Of a stretch of DNA of 64,000 nucleotides, positions 24,989-37,728 are shown piece after piece. This stretch comes from Felis catus (taxonomy: Eukaryota), in assembly GCF_018350175.1 (NCBI RefSeq), contig NC_058368.1, positions 9,114,001 through 9,178,000 on the forward strand. The letters run 5' to 3'. The stretch's first letter is position 1, and each line of letters starts with the position of its first letter. The notes under the pieces are model-generated. The model saw only the letters and a list, made by a program, of their open reading frames with translations, was not told the DNA's origin and did not search any database. Made by a program: the position numbers and the translations under genes.

Positions 24989-25097
24989 CCATTGGCCAAT
25001 TGTCATACACATGCTTCGCAATGTCAGAAGCAGAATCATTAGGAGAAAACAGGAACTCTTTTGTCTTCCCGCTCACCAAGATGAGGCGCAAATTTAT
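24989..25097 (-). CDS. UBL3: UBL3 coding exon 2 (109 nt; INLRLILVSGKTKEFLFSPNDSASDIAKHVYDNWPM + first base of D)
   Basis: Translation matches the known UBL3 N-terminal ubiquitin-fold sequence. Acceptor tttcag|ATA at 25100-25098, donor ATGG|gtgagt at 24988-24987. Confidence 0.98.
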
Positions 25098-28000
25098 CTG
25101 AAAGAAGACAATGATTCTTTTAATATAAATCTTGAAATTTTTAAAGTAAAAATGTGACTCTAGGCTTTTCATTTCAATCATATTCTAAAATATTACTAAA
25201 TGCCATTTTCTGGGTTTTACTTATTTAAATTCTATAAAGCCTTTCTTTTTTTAAAGAATGGGAATTTCGCATATGACTTTATTTCCATTATTTTATTTAT
25301 TATATATGGGGACAGATATATTTGCCTTAATAAATGAACAAAGGAAAACCAAAATTCATCATACTTTTATATTTAATTGCTCTAACAATGTTCAGAATTG
25401 GACTTTTATATGTTATCACGATTACTGTAATATACATACTACCCATTGAAACACAAAAGTGTTGACCTTGCAGATCACATCACTAAATGGGAAAGAAATT
25501 TAGTTGATAATCTACTTCTTAGAAAAAATGAGGAGGGAACAATAAATTATACATAGCATTTTAGCCTATAAAAATCACTCAAGTCTAAACAAACTAACCA
25601 GAAACAATAAAGACTTTACAGTGGTTAAACGAGGAATCAATAATAGTTGTATCAATCCCAAATGCAATCATTTATTTGGGGACAGTAAAGGAGGAGCTAT
25701 GTGTGACAAAGGCCATAAATTCACGCTCAGTGAATAAACTAAGGTAAATAAATAAAGGAATTAAAGTTTTTGAGATCCAATGAATTTACATTTCCAAATA
25801 AATATATTTGTTTATACCTTTTATAACACATTTCTAAATGTTCATTTTTTAAAATATTTTTTCGCTATCCAGAATTAATTTGATGTTATTTTTTAAAAAC
25901 TATGGTATCACTCATTTCTGTTACGGAAAAGTAGGTGGGGTTTTCTGTACTTCGGGGACTGTTAAAGAGAGCAAATAAGACCTTCCCCAAAGTTGGGCCT
26001 ACTCCAGAGTGGAGTCCTGGGACCGGCCCAGCTGCTTTATATATAAAGAACAGAGAACGTCATTGTACTGGTTTGATTGTACCCAGTCTCAGGTTAGCCA
26101 AGCTCTCTTCTTCAGTTACCAATACTTTTTCCTCTAAAAAAAAAAAAAAAAAAAAAATACCAGAACATCTTGAAGATGGCCACGTCTACAATGAATAAAT
26201 TGGCTCCTAACACAGTACCATTAAAGATACCAGGTCACTGATTTACTATCTCTCACCACCATGGCCAATGCCACTTCCCAGTGCCTCAGCGCTTTGAAAA
26301 AGTATTGAAAGTTATAAAATAACTCCTCTAGAAAAATGCTCTGCACAAACAATTCCTCATTCACTGGGATGTGGCTGGATCCCATATTAGGTGGGGTAGA
26401 TACAATATTAGAAATTGTATTCTAACTGTATGTGCATTGTATCTCCATAAAAAAGTTTTTTAGAAGATCAGAGAAAAATCTATATTCCGGGTGAAAAGCT
26501 CTTTCTATATGTTCAGTAAGAATTTCTTGCCGCCTTTCCTAACCAGAGTGGAATTAGACCAAAGAGCCTAATATAGGAAGAAATCTGATGAAATCACACT
26601 GCAGCAAACAAGTACATTCTTTAAGTTCCATCTGAATAATTCAATAATAGTTTGTAAGGACGATTACATTTTAAGAAAGCACCGCATATTTATTTCCTAT
26701 AACAAATCAGTAATGAGTGATTCTTAAGGCAAGAAACCCAACAAGCCTATAATACGAATTTTAGTTGTCAGAGATGCCCTACTCATAGCAATCTCTTTAT
26801 ATGTGAATATTGATAAATATACACTATACTCTGAAATTATATGGAGACTTTCAATGGCTTCCCACTTCTACAATAGTATACGAGCCCTTCAGTCATTAAT
26901 GCCCAAGAAATTATGCCTCTCATAATGGCTCAGTCACGTGTGTTTAACCAGAAAGATAATTAAATTCAAGCCTCCTAAAGATAATGTAAATGATATGAAT
27001 CTACTTTTTCTCAGAATCATCTTTTTAAGTTCAAAATTAATTTCTACTGGGCTTTTATTCAAATTATAATATCTAAAAATAACGAAGAAAAAAGGGAAAA
27101 AAGACTCCTTAGGATCTGTAAAGACAACGCCAAAGCATACTTCGGATTTTCCCTCATATCCATCAATATGGAAACAGGAAAATAAATGGTAGTACATCCT
27201 TACTATGGAAATCTGCACAGTCGTTAAACAACATGAGATATAGATCTCTATGATTTGACCAGGAAAGGTGTCCACAAGAGATTAAACAAAATAACATACA
27301 CACCCCCCCCCCCGCATAAATACGTAACACTAAATGGGTTCATGCAGCAAAGTTCTCAGCATTTCTTTTTTTAAAACTGATACCAATCACTGTCACCAGC
27401 AAACTGATGTTTCACTTTTGCTTCATAATCAATGGTCTAAAGAATCTGTGTGCATCTAAGTTTTCAGAATGTTAGAAACTTTTGGCCTCTGGCTGTGTTT
27501 GTCCCAGGTTAAAAAAAATTTTTTTTCATGTTTATGGGTTGACATAAACTTTTCAGTTTGACACAGGCCTACTAAGCCCTACTGGTTACTCACACTGGCC
27601 TGCTTCATGCCCTTAAGATACCTGCCTGCTCCCAGAAAACAGTTCAGTTTGTAACTCATGGTACAGTTTCAAAGTGGCTTTGGGCTACAAAATCAGAACA
27701 AAAAGCAAGAGAATATGAAAAACTCTAAGTCTGTATAAATATATAAATCTAGAACTTATCAAATCTTATAGTTAAAACTATCTCAAACTGACAGTAACAG
27801 TTAAAGACCGCTTCAGGAATGAAGTTTATGTCCCAAATTAAAAATACCAGCAATAAACTCACAAAATGAAGTTGCCGAGTAGAGGAACACGTTGCCCAAC
27901 ACGCTTCCAGTGCCCGGTACAATGCCTGGCATACAGTATGCGTTATTTGTTTACCAATAGTTCAGTTTCTTCAGTTTCGATATCCAAGTGGAAATATACT

Positions 28001-28674
28001 GGAAAAGTCAAGCACTAGGATTCAAATCCAGGCCTCAGCGTTCTGGGCATTTTATCAAATGGCCAGTGTGGGATGGAGAATAAGAATGGATAATAATCAT
28101 TTCTTGGTAGTCCTATGGACAGACGGATACTTCCAACACGTGACCACCTCTGTGCTCAATCTGTCAGGCTCTGGATCGTCACTGTGAGCAACGTGCCACA
28201 GTTGACACAAAGGCTGTCAGTCAGTAAGGCATTTCCAAAAATAAAATTAATTCTGATCTACCATATTCAACACGTATATTGTACCCAATTTTCAAAAGAG
28301 GCCGAAGATTGGGTTACTGACGCGGAAGTCAATGGATGAGTCTAGATCTGTTCTTACGCTTATTCTCTATGTGATGACCTTGCTTCTAGACTAGAAGCTT
28401 CCATCTGCCTCAGTATACAGTCAAGTGTATCTTCGGACTGTAACACCAATGGAGGAAAACAGCAAATCCCATAGCCTCTTTTTAGGAAAAGTCTTGAAAG
28501 CAATCACCCAGATAAACATCTGGATACACAGGTGGGTCAGTAGTTAACTACTCCTATCATAGTAAAAATTTTCTCAAGCTTATTCAGATAAATAATGTTA
28601 ATTATAGCTACTCTCAGTAAATGCAGGGCATTCCTATAAATGTGAGCTAGTTTCCTTTAAAAGATTATGTTCCA

Positions 28675-28949
28675 GGGGTGTCTCGGTCGGTTAAGCGTCC
28701 GACTTCGGCTCAGGTCATGATCTCACAGCTTGTGGGCTGGAGGCCTGCATCAGGTTCTGTGCTGACAGCTCAGAGCCTGGAGCCTGCTTCGGATTCTATG
28801 CCTCTGTCTCTCTCTCTGACCCTCCCCGGCTCATGCTCGCTCTCGCTCTCTCTCTCTCTCAAAAAAAAAAAAAAAAAAGATTAAAAAAATTTTAATTTTT
28901 TTTAATGTTTATTTATTTTTGACAGAGAGACAGAGACAGAGAGAGAGGG

Positions 28950-28989
<40 letters not shown>

Positions 28990-29151
28990 GAGTGGGGGAG
29001 GGACAGAGAGAGAGGGAGATACAGAATCTGAAACAGGCTCCAGGCTCTGAGCTGTCAGCACAGAGCCCGATGAGGGGCTCAAACTCAAACTGTGAAATCA
29101 TGACCTGAGTTGAAATCGGACACTCAACCGACTGGGCCACAGAGGCGCCCC
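28675..29151. mobile_element. Nested tail-to-tail inverted Can-SINE pair (+ at about 28675-28885; - at about 28896-29151)
   Basis: Outer direct repeat tttaaaagattatgttccag (28656-28675 and 29162-29181) encloses both. Inner TSD taaaaaaa(a)ttttaa. Confidence 0.93.
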
Positions 29152-29306
29152 TAAAAAAAATTTTAAAAGATTATGTTCCAGTTAAATATTTATTAATGAA
29201 AGATCGTTTTACTTCTTTGAAAAGCTAAGTCAGTACCTCAAAAGAACTTTTGCTTGTGAAGCAGTAGGATTCTTGGCTCACCAACCATGGATTAAAAACA
29301 ACTCTT

Positions 29307-29521
29307 GGGGTGCATGGGTGGCTCAGTTGGTTAAGCGTCCAACTTCAGCTCAGGTCATGATCTCATGGTTTATGGGTTCAAGCCCCGTGTTGGGCTCTGT
29401 GCTGACAGCTGGGAGCCTGGAGCCTGTTTCAGACTGTGTCTCCCTCTCTCTGCCCCTCCCCTGCTTGTGCTCAGTCTCTCTCTCAAAAATAAAATAAACA
29501 TTAAAATTAAAAAAAAAAAAA
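29307..29521 (+). mobile_element. Can-SINE
   Basis: Full body; TSD-like aaaaac(aa/cc)ctctt. Confidence 0.93.
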
Positions 29522-30269
29522 CCCTCTTATTTACAGCTTAAAATGTGATATTCCACATGTACATACTTGTCTAAAAATTAAACTGTTAATGAGGACTCTG
29601 AATGACCTCATGAGATGGAATTACTATGTCATACAATCCCCAAGGATGGCGTCTAGATATCCAAATGAGTGACACATTTCATAATTATTTTTGAGGCAAA
29701 ACAAATCAAAACAAGACTATTAGTGAGGTAGCTACCACGATCATTTTCTTTAAGGCCAGTGGAAATGATAAGGATTCTTCTACGTATGTAATTTCAAGTC
29801 AAAAAAAAGTTTTTAGTCAAATTGTCATTCCTATTTGTCAGATTACAGCAATTTGGAGAAACCGCATCTAAAACTTAATTCACACAACAATTTGTATTCA
29901 ATTGGTCAGGATGAAAAAAACTTAGAGGAAGTAAACAGGGAGAATGGAAGATGGAATTAATTGGAATGGTCTTTAGAAATAAGACAGACAACTATGGAGA
30001 TGGACCATGTCCTTTAAGAGAAACAGGGCTGTTTTCTACCAAAAGATCAACAGGTTCACCAGAAAAGGAGTTCCCGACTTCTCCTCTGAGTCTTGGAAGA
30101 ATAAAATGAGTACTGGGGTACTGCACATTCAAGTGAGGAACCTTAGCCCTTGTAGTGCTCATTCCTGCCCTTTTAGCTCAAGGGCAAGCAAGTGGCCAGT
30201 GGAGAGATGTTAGACTTTCTTTGCAAATCAGTTTTTTTTTCCGAAGCTCTCAATTTATCTCAAGGGGAT

Positions 30270-30735
30270 TATACTGAGTAGATAAAGCCAACCGCAAAAG
30301 GTTACAGACTGTGCGATTCCATTAACATAATATTCCTGAAATCACAAAACTATGGAATGGAGAACGGATTAGTGGTGGCCAGGTTTTAGGAAGTGAAGGG
30401 GGAGGGGTGGCTGTGTCTATAAAAGGGAAGCACAAGGGATGCTTGTGATGGAACTGTTCTGTGTCTTACCTCGGTGAGTGGTCACATGAATCTGCACATG
30501 TGATAAAACTGCACAGAACTAAACGCAAACGCACACACACAAATGAGTGCATGTAAAGCTGGAGAAATCTGAATAAAGTGTGTGGATTTTATCAGAGTCC
30601 ATTTTTGCTGTGATAACCGTCCTACAGTTATGTGAGATGCTACCATCAGGGAAAACCAGGTGAAGGGGATATGGGATTCCTCTGTACCATTTCTTACATG
30701 GGCTTGCACACCTATAATTATCTCAAAATAAGATT
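30270..30735 (+). mobile_element. L1MD/L1MC-type 3' end
   Basis: gagaacggattagtggtggccagg, gtgatggaactgttctgtgtctt, cacacacaaatgagtgcatgtaaagctgg...ataattatctcaaaataa. Confidence 0.85.
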
Positions 30736-30739
30736 TTTT

Positions 30740-30895
30740 GGGGGGTGGGTGATGGGTATTGAGGAGGGCACCTTTTGGGGTGAGCACTGGGTGTTGTATG
30801 GAAACCAATTTGACAATAAACTTCATATATTGAAAAAAACAAAACAAAACAAAACAAAAAATAAATAAAGAACATTTAACCAAAAAAAAAAAAAA
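30740..30895 (+). mobile_element. 5'-truncated young felid-type L1 3' end with double A-tail
   Basis: gggtgatgggtattgaggagggcaccttttggggtgagcactgggtgttgtatggaaaccaatttgacaataaa. TSD aagatttttt at 30730-30739 and 30896-30905. Confidence 0.88.
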
Positions 30896-30921
30896 AAGAT
30901 TTTTTTTAAAGTAAGCACTCA

Positions 30922-31049
30922 GGGGCACCTTGGGTGGCTCAGTCGGTTGAGCGTCCGACTTCGGCTCAGGTCATGATCTCACAGCTCGTGAGTTCGAGCC
31001 CCACATCAGGCTCTGTGCTGACTGCTCAGAGCCTGAAGGCTGCTTAGGA

Positions 31050-31120
<71 letters not shown>

Positions 31121-31185
31121 CCTCTCTGCCCCTAACCCACTCATATTCTGTTTCTGTCTCTCTCAAAAATAAACATAAAAAAAAT
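30922..31185 (+). mobile_element. Can-SINE with expanded (TC)n
   Basis: TSD taagcactcag; long (TC)n at about 31056-31120. Confidence 0.93.
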
Positions 31186-34100
31186 TTTTCTTTTAAACTA
31201 AGCACTCAGCTTGCTAATAATGTATATGGTATTATATGTCTGTCTTTACTTATTTGCATTTGAAGACAAATTAATGCTTTTTAAAAATTAATACTGTATT
31301 AAAGTAGCTACTTGATATAGAAAAAAGTATATAAGTCTATCAGTGACTTTTTTTAAGACAATGTATAAATTTTAAAATAGATAAGCATATCTTCTTTTTC
31401 CTAGAGTTATGGATTTATAAATGGTATATTCTGGATTTCTGTTCATTACAGAAAAATGGAATGAGGAAGAAATGTGCTCTTTTTTTTTTTTACATAGAAC
31501 TGATTTAAAACAAATTATTCACACAACTGCAGTGCTAAATTATGGTAATCATATTTCATAAACTTGCCTTTAGTTGCTCATTTCTTCAAATATTTTCTGA
31601 AACAGACAGTGTGCTTGGTGTCTGTATTACAAAAGACTTATTATGAAAGCCTTTGAGGATTTCATAACCTTGAAACTATGAGAGACATCATTGTGGGGGA
31701 GAGGGGTAGCTAGGATGTAAAATTTAAGTGCTCATAAATATTAGCTGAATTAATTTTAAAAACATAAAGGAGAACCTGGAATCCGACATTCCAGAGTCGG
31801 GTCTTTTTTTTTTCGGTACAGTGAATAAAGGAGTAGAAATGCTAACACCTGCCATTTATTGTGTGGCTTTAGTTGTATTTTGGGTACTGCACTTAGTTAC
31901 TAGTCACCCAGCCCATTTCTGAAGCAGTTCTTCCTACTCCCAGTTTAGAGTTGTGGGAATGCATTTAGAGACTTTAATAAGCGGGTAAACTGAGATTTGA
32001 ACCGGGGTGTGCTAACAGCCCAGTATTTGATGTTCACCACTCGGGTCAAGTGAACCAGGTGGTCGTGGCAAATTCCTTACCAAGGTCTCCATGTTGGTCA
32101 TCATCTTAACCACTCTTGCCCTCCCTATGCTCGGACCACAGGTATCTTTTTTCAGCTCCTCAAAACTGCCAAGTTCTTACTTGCTTAAGGCCCTTGTGTG
32201 TAGAACGCTGGGTGCCCTATGCTCCCCACCCCAAGCCCCACACACTCTGGCTTCAATGTGTTTAAGGCGGGACGGCATAAATAAATCCTCCCGAGCAATG
32301 ACACAAAATTTTTGAAGAAAACAGTAGAAAAAAAATTCAAAATAGAATTAGAGAAGCCAAGAAAGCGTTCCTATTCCCCACTGGAATGAAGCAGAAGTCC
32401 TATTTGTGGAGAAGTTAAGGCATCCAAGGAAACAGATTTTTACCTCTAAGAAAACACACCTCAATTCTTGTCTCTGAATTTACTTGTATTGTGGGGTCAT
32501 AAACTAAGGTACGTTGAGATCTGCTAAATGACTTGAAACTATGGGATCTTTTTCTACACTCTTTTTAGCACTCAGCATGATGTCGATTCTAATACACACG
32601 GAATATAAAATCTTTATAGGTAACAACACTTACCTGCCCTGAACCATAGGCAAAGGGGAGCCTAGAGAGTTCTCCAGTTTAAGTTCCAAAGTAAACTTTC
32701 ATGACATCTCATTTTAGTTGGCATGTGATTTTCCAGAACACTTAACTCATTTTGAAATGTAGGTGGAGAACGACATTCCAAAGCAACATTTCATGCTTTT
32801 TAAATTATATGAACCTGCCAGCTATTTATTATTTTTTGAGCACTGAACATAAGAAACCGTTGGGCTATACAAATGAATAATAATATTAAATTAGCCTATT
32901 TGCTTTCTAGAAAATGTCGACTGATTTTTTTTTTTTTTTTTTTTACTCATCAGTGAAGAAACAAAAGCACAGTTCAGAATCAAATAATGTAGCTCAAAAT
33001 TTATATGACATTTAGTGCCTGGCACACAGTCAGTGTCTAATTAGCCATTATCACAAATTATCTATCATTGTCATCATCATAACCATTGTTAGTTTAGTAG
33101 ATCACATTATACTAACTATACAATGCTCTTTCTTAAAATACTTTATAAAGTACAAAACAAGTCTGGGAAACGCTGGTAAAATTAAAATTCCATGAGAAGA
33201 CTGAACAACATATTTTCTTGAGAAAGCCTTCCAAATTATTCCAAATTATTCTTAGAATTATAATCTTTCAAGTTCCAAATCCTGTAAACTTAGAAAACAT
33301 GTTGGTTCTGAAAATGAATTATGGTTCTGTTTCACATTAAAACCTGACAGTAGGATACAAGCTAGCTGCTTTAACGAGATTTCAACATGCAAGTGTAGCA
33401 GTCTAATTTCCTATACATACTATGGACTAAATAGCGAATTTGAATTTAACCAAAGCAGTCTCTCTGGGACACTGGATTTGTATCTAGGGAAACCTTTGTT
33501 TTGAGAAAGACTTTCAGGCCTTAGGACTCAATTAAGAACAACAGTTCAGTACAACTGTTTCTGTCAACCAAGCACCGAAGATATTAAATTATAGATAGGA
33601 GAAACGGAACTGGCAAAGGCAAAGCGATAAAGAGGACACTGGGGAAGGGAGAGAGTAGCTTTTCCTGTATTTATAATATTATAAATTATCTATTACGTAT
33701 TTCAGGAGGATGACAACTTCCTTTTCTCTGCCCATCTCCCATTAGTGGAAATCCGACGGTTTATGTTTTTTGGCTAATGGCCTGAAATCATGGGGAAGGA
33801 AATTAGCATTTACTGAGTATCAACTATGCACCAGAAGTTTTCCTTACATGTAGTATCTCATTTGAGTAGTTCTAGCACACATCCTATTTTGGTGTCTCCT
33901 GAATAGTACTTTCTCTTCTCTCTAATCACCTAGCTGCTCTGATAAAACCAGGATGAATCTTTTAGATCTCCACACTTACTCATTTGTCTTGGCTGTGCCA
34001 TTGCTTGAGCCTTGGCCATATTCCCCTTGAGGTGAGCATCTGCCCTTCTGCTGCGGTATCAATTTCCCTTGCTGCTTCTATGCTGTTATCAAATTCTCAG

Positions 34101-34589
34101 CACTACTCTAAATACTATGCCTTTCACAATATTCCTCAATCATTCAACTTTTACAGAATTCTTCTGGTTCACAGAGAATGCACAAGGGAAAAGAGGCCCC
34201 GAGAGGCCGGCCAAGTAGTGGTGAGGCCAAACAGAACCCAGATTTTCTCTCTCCAGGGTCAGGGTTTGTCCTAGCATATACTTCAGTGTCTTCCCAAACT
34301 CTCTCTCAACCTCCTCCTACAGCTTTCTCAACATTGGACTTCTTGTCTTATTCATACAGCCACTCCAGAAGGGCTTGCTTCTCTTAGGATTCACACAACT
34401 TGTGAGACAAAATAGTCCTTAATCTGCTACATAGTAGCTGAAAATTAATCCTGTTTCTCTGAGTGATAGAACCTATATGGAATATAAGCAAATGTTAAGA
34501 GAAAAAGAGTTCTATATTATATACTGTAGAATAAATCTGGAAATGCCAGGTTAAAAAATTCAAACAAGGTGTCTGTCAAGAGCTGGTGG

Positions 34590-34945
34590 GGAGAGTAACG
34601 GAGAGTTAATGTTTAATGATTACAGATTTTCAGTTTTGCAAGATGAAAAGACTTCTGGAAATGGATGGTGGTGATGGCTGCACATTATGAATGTCTTTAA
34701 TACCACTGAACTGTACATTTAAGAACAGTTAAGAACACAAAGACAATGGTTTGTTAAAAAAAAATAACTTCCCATTAATAATTAATTTTGATCCTCTAAA
34801 GTTTTAAATTATTGAAATATAATAAAACAGTAGGGGAGTCATCTCATCTAGGTAATTCTGATACAATAAAGTGTTTCATTTTATACGAAGTACAAGAATG
34901 GTTAAGATGGTAAATATTATGTGTATTTTACCACCATCTAAAAAC
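34590..34945 (+). mobile_element. L1MB-type 3' fragments (split)
   Basis: ttcagttttgcaagatgaaaagacttctggaaatggatggtggtgatgg and aatggttaagatggtaaatattatgtgtattttaccac. Confidence 0.75.
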
Positions 34946-35539
34946 CAAAAAATATTTTTTAAAAATTCAGTTTCTTCTCTGTAAAACTTCTCAGAATCAT
35001 TCATACGCCAAAATGAATGTGAATCTCTAAGGGGAAGAGGGACCGATAATGCTACTTTAAGCTGATACTTCAAAAGACTGAACACACAAATGTTTGTTAA
35101 ACAAGATACGAGGCTAGATGCTACAGAAGATACAAAGATGATCAAAACATAATAAGTACTTAGGATTTATGATAAAGCATTCAATCACCTCAGGAGGCAG
35201 TGGGGCTAACATAAGCAGGTCACTGAAAAAGTTTGTTTACTGAATTTCAAATTTGTCAGACATAATATATTGATGTGGAACCTGATTTGCACATAATAAA
35301 AAATCAACCATCAGTGTTATGGCATAATATTTTATCATAAAAAATGCTGAAAGGGTTGTAATTAAAATAACCTATTTTATACCTATTGTTAGAGGATGTC
35401 AGAGTGACATTCCTTTTTGCGGTATAATTGTGAATTAGATATTTGCACCACTGCTGAAAGGGCAGGATATACCCAGAAATGGCCTTTAATATTAGACTAC
35501 AATACACATTAAGATGAACATCTTAAAACGCACATCTAA

Positions 35540-35907
35540 GGGACACTTGCGTGGCTCAGTAGGTTAAGTGTCCGACTTCGGCTCAGGTCATGATCTCTTG
35601 ATCTCTCAAAAGCAAATAAACATTAAAAAAAAACTTAAAAAATAAAAATGCACAATTGCAAAGACTTATTTTTCCACAAACCTTTTTTTTCAATGTTTAT
35701 TTTTGAGAGAGAGAGACAGAGACAGAGCACAAGTGTGGGGGGAGGGGGGGGCGCGGACAGAGAGAGAGGGAGACACAGAATCCGAAGCAGGTTCCAGGCT
35801 CTGAGCTGTCAGCACGGAGCCCGACGCAAGGCTCAAACTCATGAGCTGTGAGATCATGACCTGAGCTGAAGTTGGACACTTAACCGACTGAGCCACCCAG
35901 ACGCCCC
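35540..35907. mobile_element. Internally deleted + strand Can-SINE (35540-35647) next to a full - strand Can-SINE (35690-35907)
   Basis: First copy jumps from catgatctc to atctctcaaaag plus tail. Second is a complete reverse body. Confidence 0.88.
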
Positions 35908-36464
35908 TAAACTTTTTTTTTTTTTAACGAGGAAAATGGCGTAGACTTGATGCCATGACTATGGTTAGAAAACAAAATAATTTTAATGTGTGCCTTTGCC
36001 CTATGAAAGGGAAACAAACGGTTCTCTGAGGGACTGTCCTAGATGACTATTCAAGTCCCTTCCAGCTCTAATGTCATGTGATTAGCATTAAACAAAAAGG
36101 TCATGTTATTTAGAAATATGAGAATTTTATTATACATAATAAAAAATCTATGTAGGATATGTAAACATTCTAACGACCCTGTTATTCCTATCAGTCACAC
36201 TTCTTATTTGAATTCATAGAGGTGGAATGATGTAAACCCACTGCCTTCATTTCCTCATCACTAACTCTACTCTGTAATTCCCTGTGAATCTGCCTTGGAA
36301 GCCACACTACTGAACCGTACTCTTGAAGGTCACTTACAACCACCTAATAAGAAACATCAAATAGCTTCTTCTCATTTCTCATCTTCCTTAGTCTCTCTGT
36401 AACATGTGACACAGTTAATTCCTCTCCTCGTTGGGTTTCTGTAATTCCCCGAGTGTGTTTTCTG

Positions 36465-36720
36465 AAACACTGGCCTCCATGAAGGATTCTGGGAGAAAAA
36501 AACAGTTCAGTGATCAAGTGAATCTGCAAAACACTGCTTCATATATTTCCATCTTGGAGATTTGTCATGTGTGTTAACATTAAAAACCCAGAGAATTGCA
36601 GTGAACAAATTCACCCAAGACTGCTGTAGTATTTAACCACAGAACCAATGTTCTTTCCCATATTACCTGTTGCCCCCCTCCCAACTCCTCCCACCCCCCC
36701 ACAGATCTAGTGTCTGGTAA
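36465..36720. mobile_element. MER103-like hAT-Charlie fragment within L2-like sequence
   Basis: aaacactgcttcatatatttccatcttggagatt...atttaaccacagaacc...aacatactttgggga. Confidence 0.5.
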
Positions 36721-37594
36721 AACATACTTTGGGGAATACTATTCCTGCTTCTCTGACCCTCTCTTTTAGCTGTTCTTTTTCCTCTTGTACTCCAAATATG
36801 GGCCTTCCAAGGTTCCCTCATCAATCTTTTCTTTCCCCAACACCTTCCCCACACTCTGGGGGTGGATAGGGCTTCAACTGTCACCTGTGTGGAATATTCC
36901 CAAACTAATTCTCCACGGGACACCAATTTTGTTTCTCCAACTGTCAGCTGACCATTTCTAATTGGATAGCCTGTTGTCCTCTCAAAGACTATGTTTAAAC
37001 TTATTTCTTCCTAAATAACAGTTATCATTTCTGCTAAACTCTCCTGGTCTCCCAGTTACTCAGGCTTGAAGGCTCAGGGTTGTCATTTACTCTGCGCTTT
37101 TCTCCCCCTTTACTGGGTTCCTAAACTCTTGCAAATTCTCTCTGCTGCCTCTCACCCCTAATCCATCTTGCACATTGCCAAACAATTTCAACACCTTAAA
37201 ATTTTCTCACGGTGCTATAGGTAGCTAACGTTTACTAATCACTTACAAGTGATACAGTACTTTGCATGAAGTATACAGTTAACTGTTATACAACCCTACG
37301 AGACACCACCTCCATGTTGTAGATGGTAAACTAGGACACTGCGATTAAGTAACTTCTCAAGACCACATGGTTCACAATCCAAACTTCTCAGTCCAATCCA
37401 ATTATTACTCTTCCCCTACCCAAATTTCTATTCCAGCCAAATTCGTTATAATTCTATCCTGCCAAGAATCATAAGAATGAATTCCTGATTCTGTTCATTC
37501 AGTTCTAATGCCTCCTTTGAAGCCTTTGTGACCACTCTGGATGACAGTGCCCATTCCTCCCCCAGGGCTTCCATCCAATCATGGCATGTGCCGG

Positions 37595-37728
37595 AGCGGC
37601 CCTATGTGTTCACGGTTCATCTGGGACAGTTCTGATCTACAGTTGTGGGATTACTATTAGGATGAACAGTGCTCCCTTTTGCTCTCAAAAGTATCTTAAT
37701 CTACATAATAAATTATAAGGTTATCCTA
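37595..37728 (-). mobile_element. MER94-like (hAT-Blackjack) MITE
   Basis: ctgggacagttc...ccctttgctctcaaaagtatc...ataaattataaggttatcct resembles the reverse MER94 consensus. Confidence 0.6.

Noticed and set aside
24957..25181. 74-aa ORF as a standalone gene
   Set aside because: Only 24989-25097 is exonic (UBL3 exon 2); the rest is intronic read-through.
26035..26048. Perfect palindrome ctttatatataaag (bidirectional TATA-like), possibly an LTR remnant
   Set aside because: Short AT-rich palindromes arise by chance; no LTR ends or promoter context identified.
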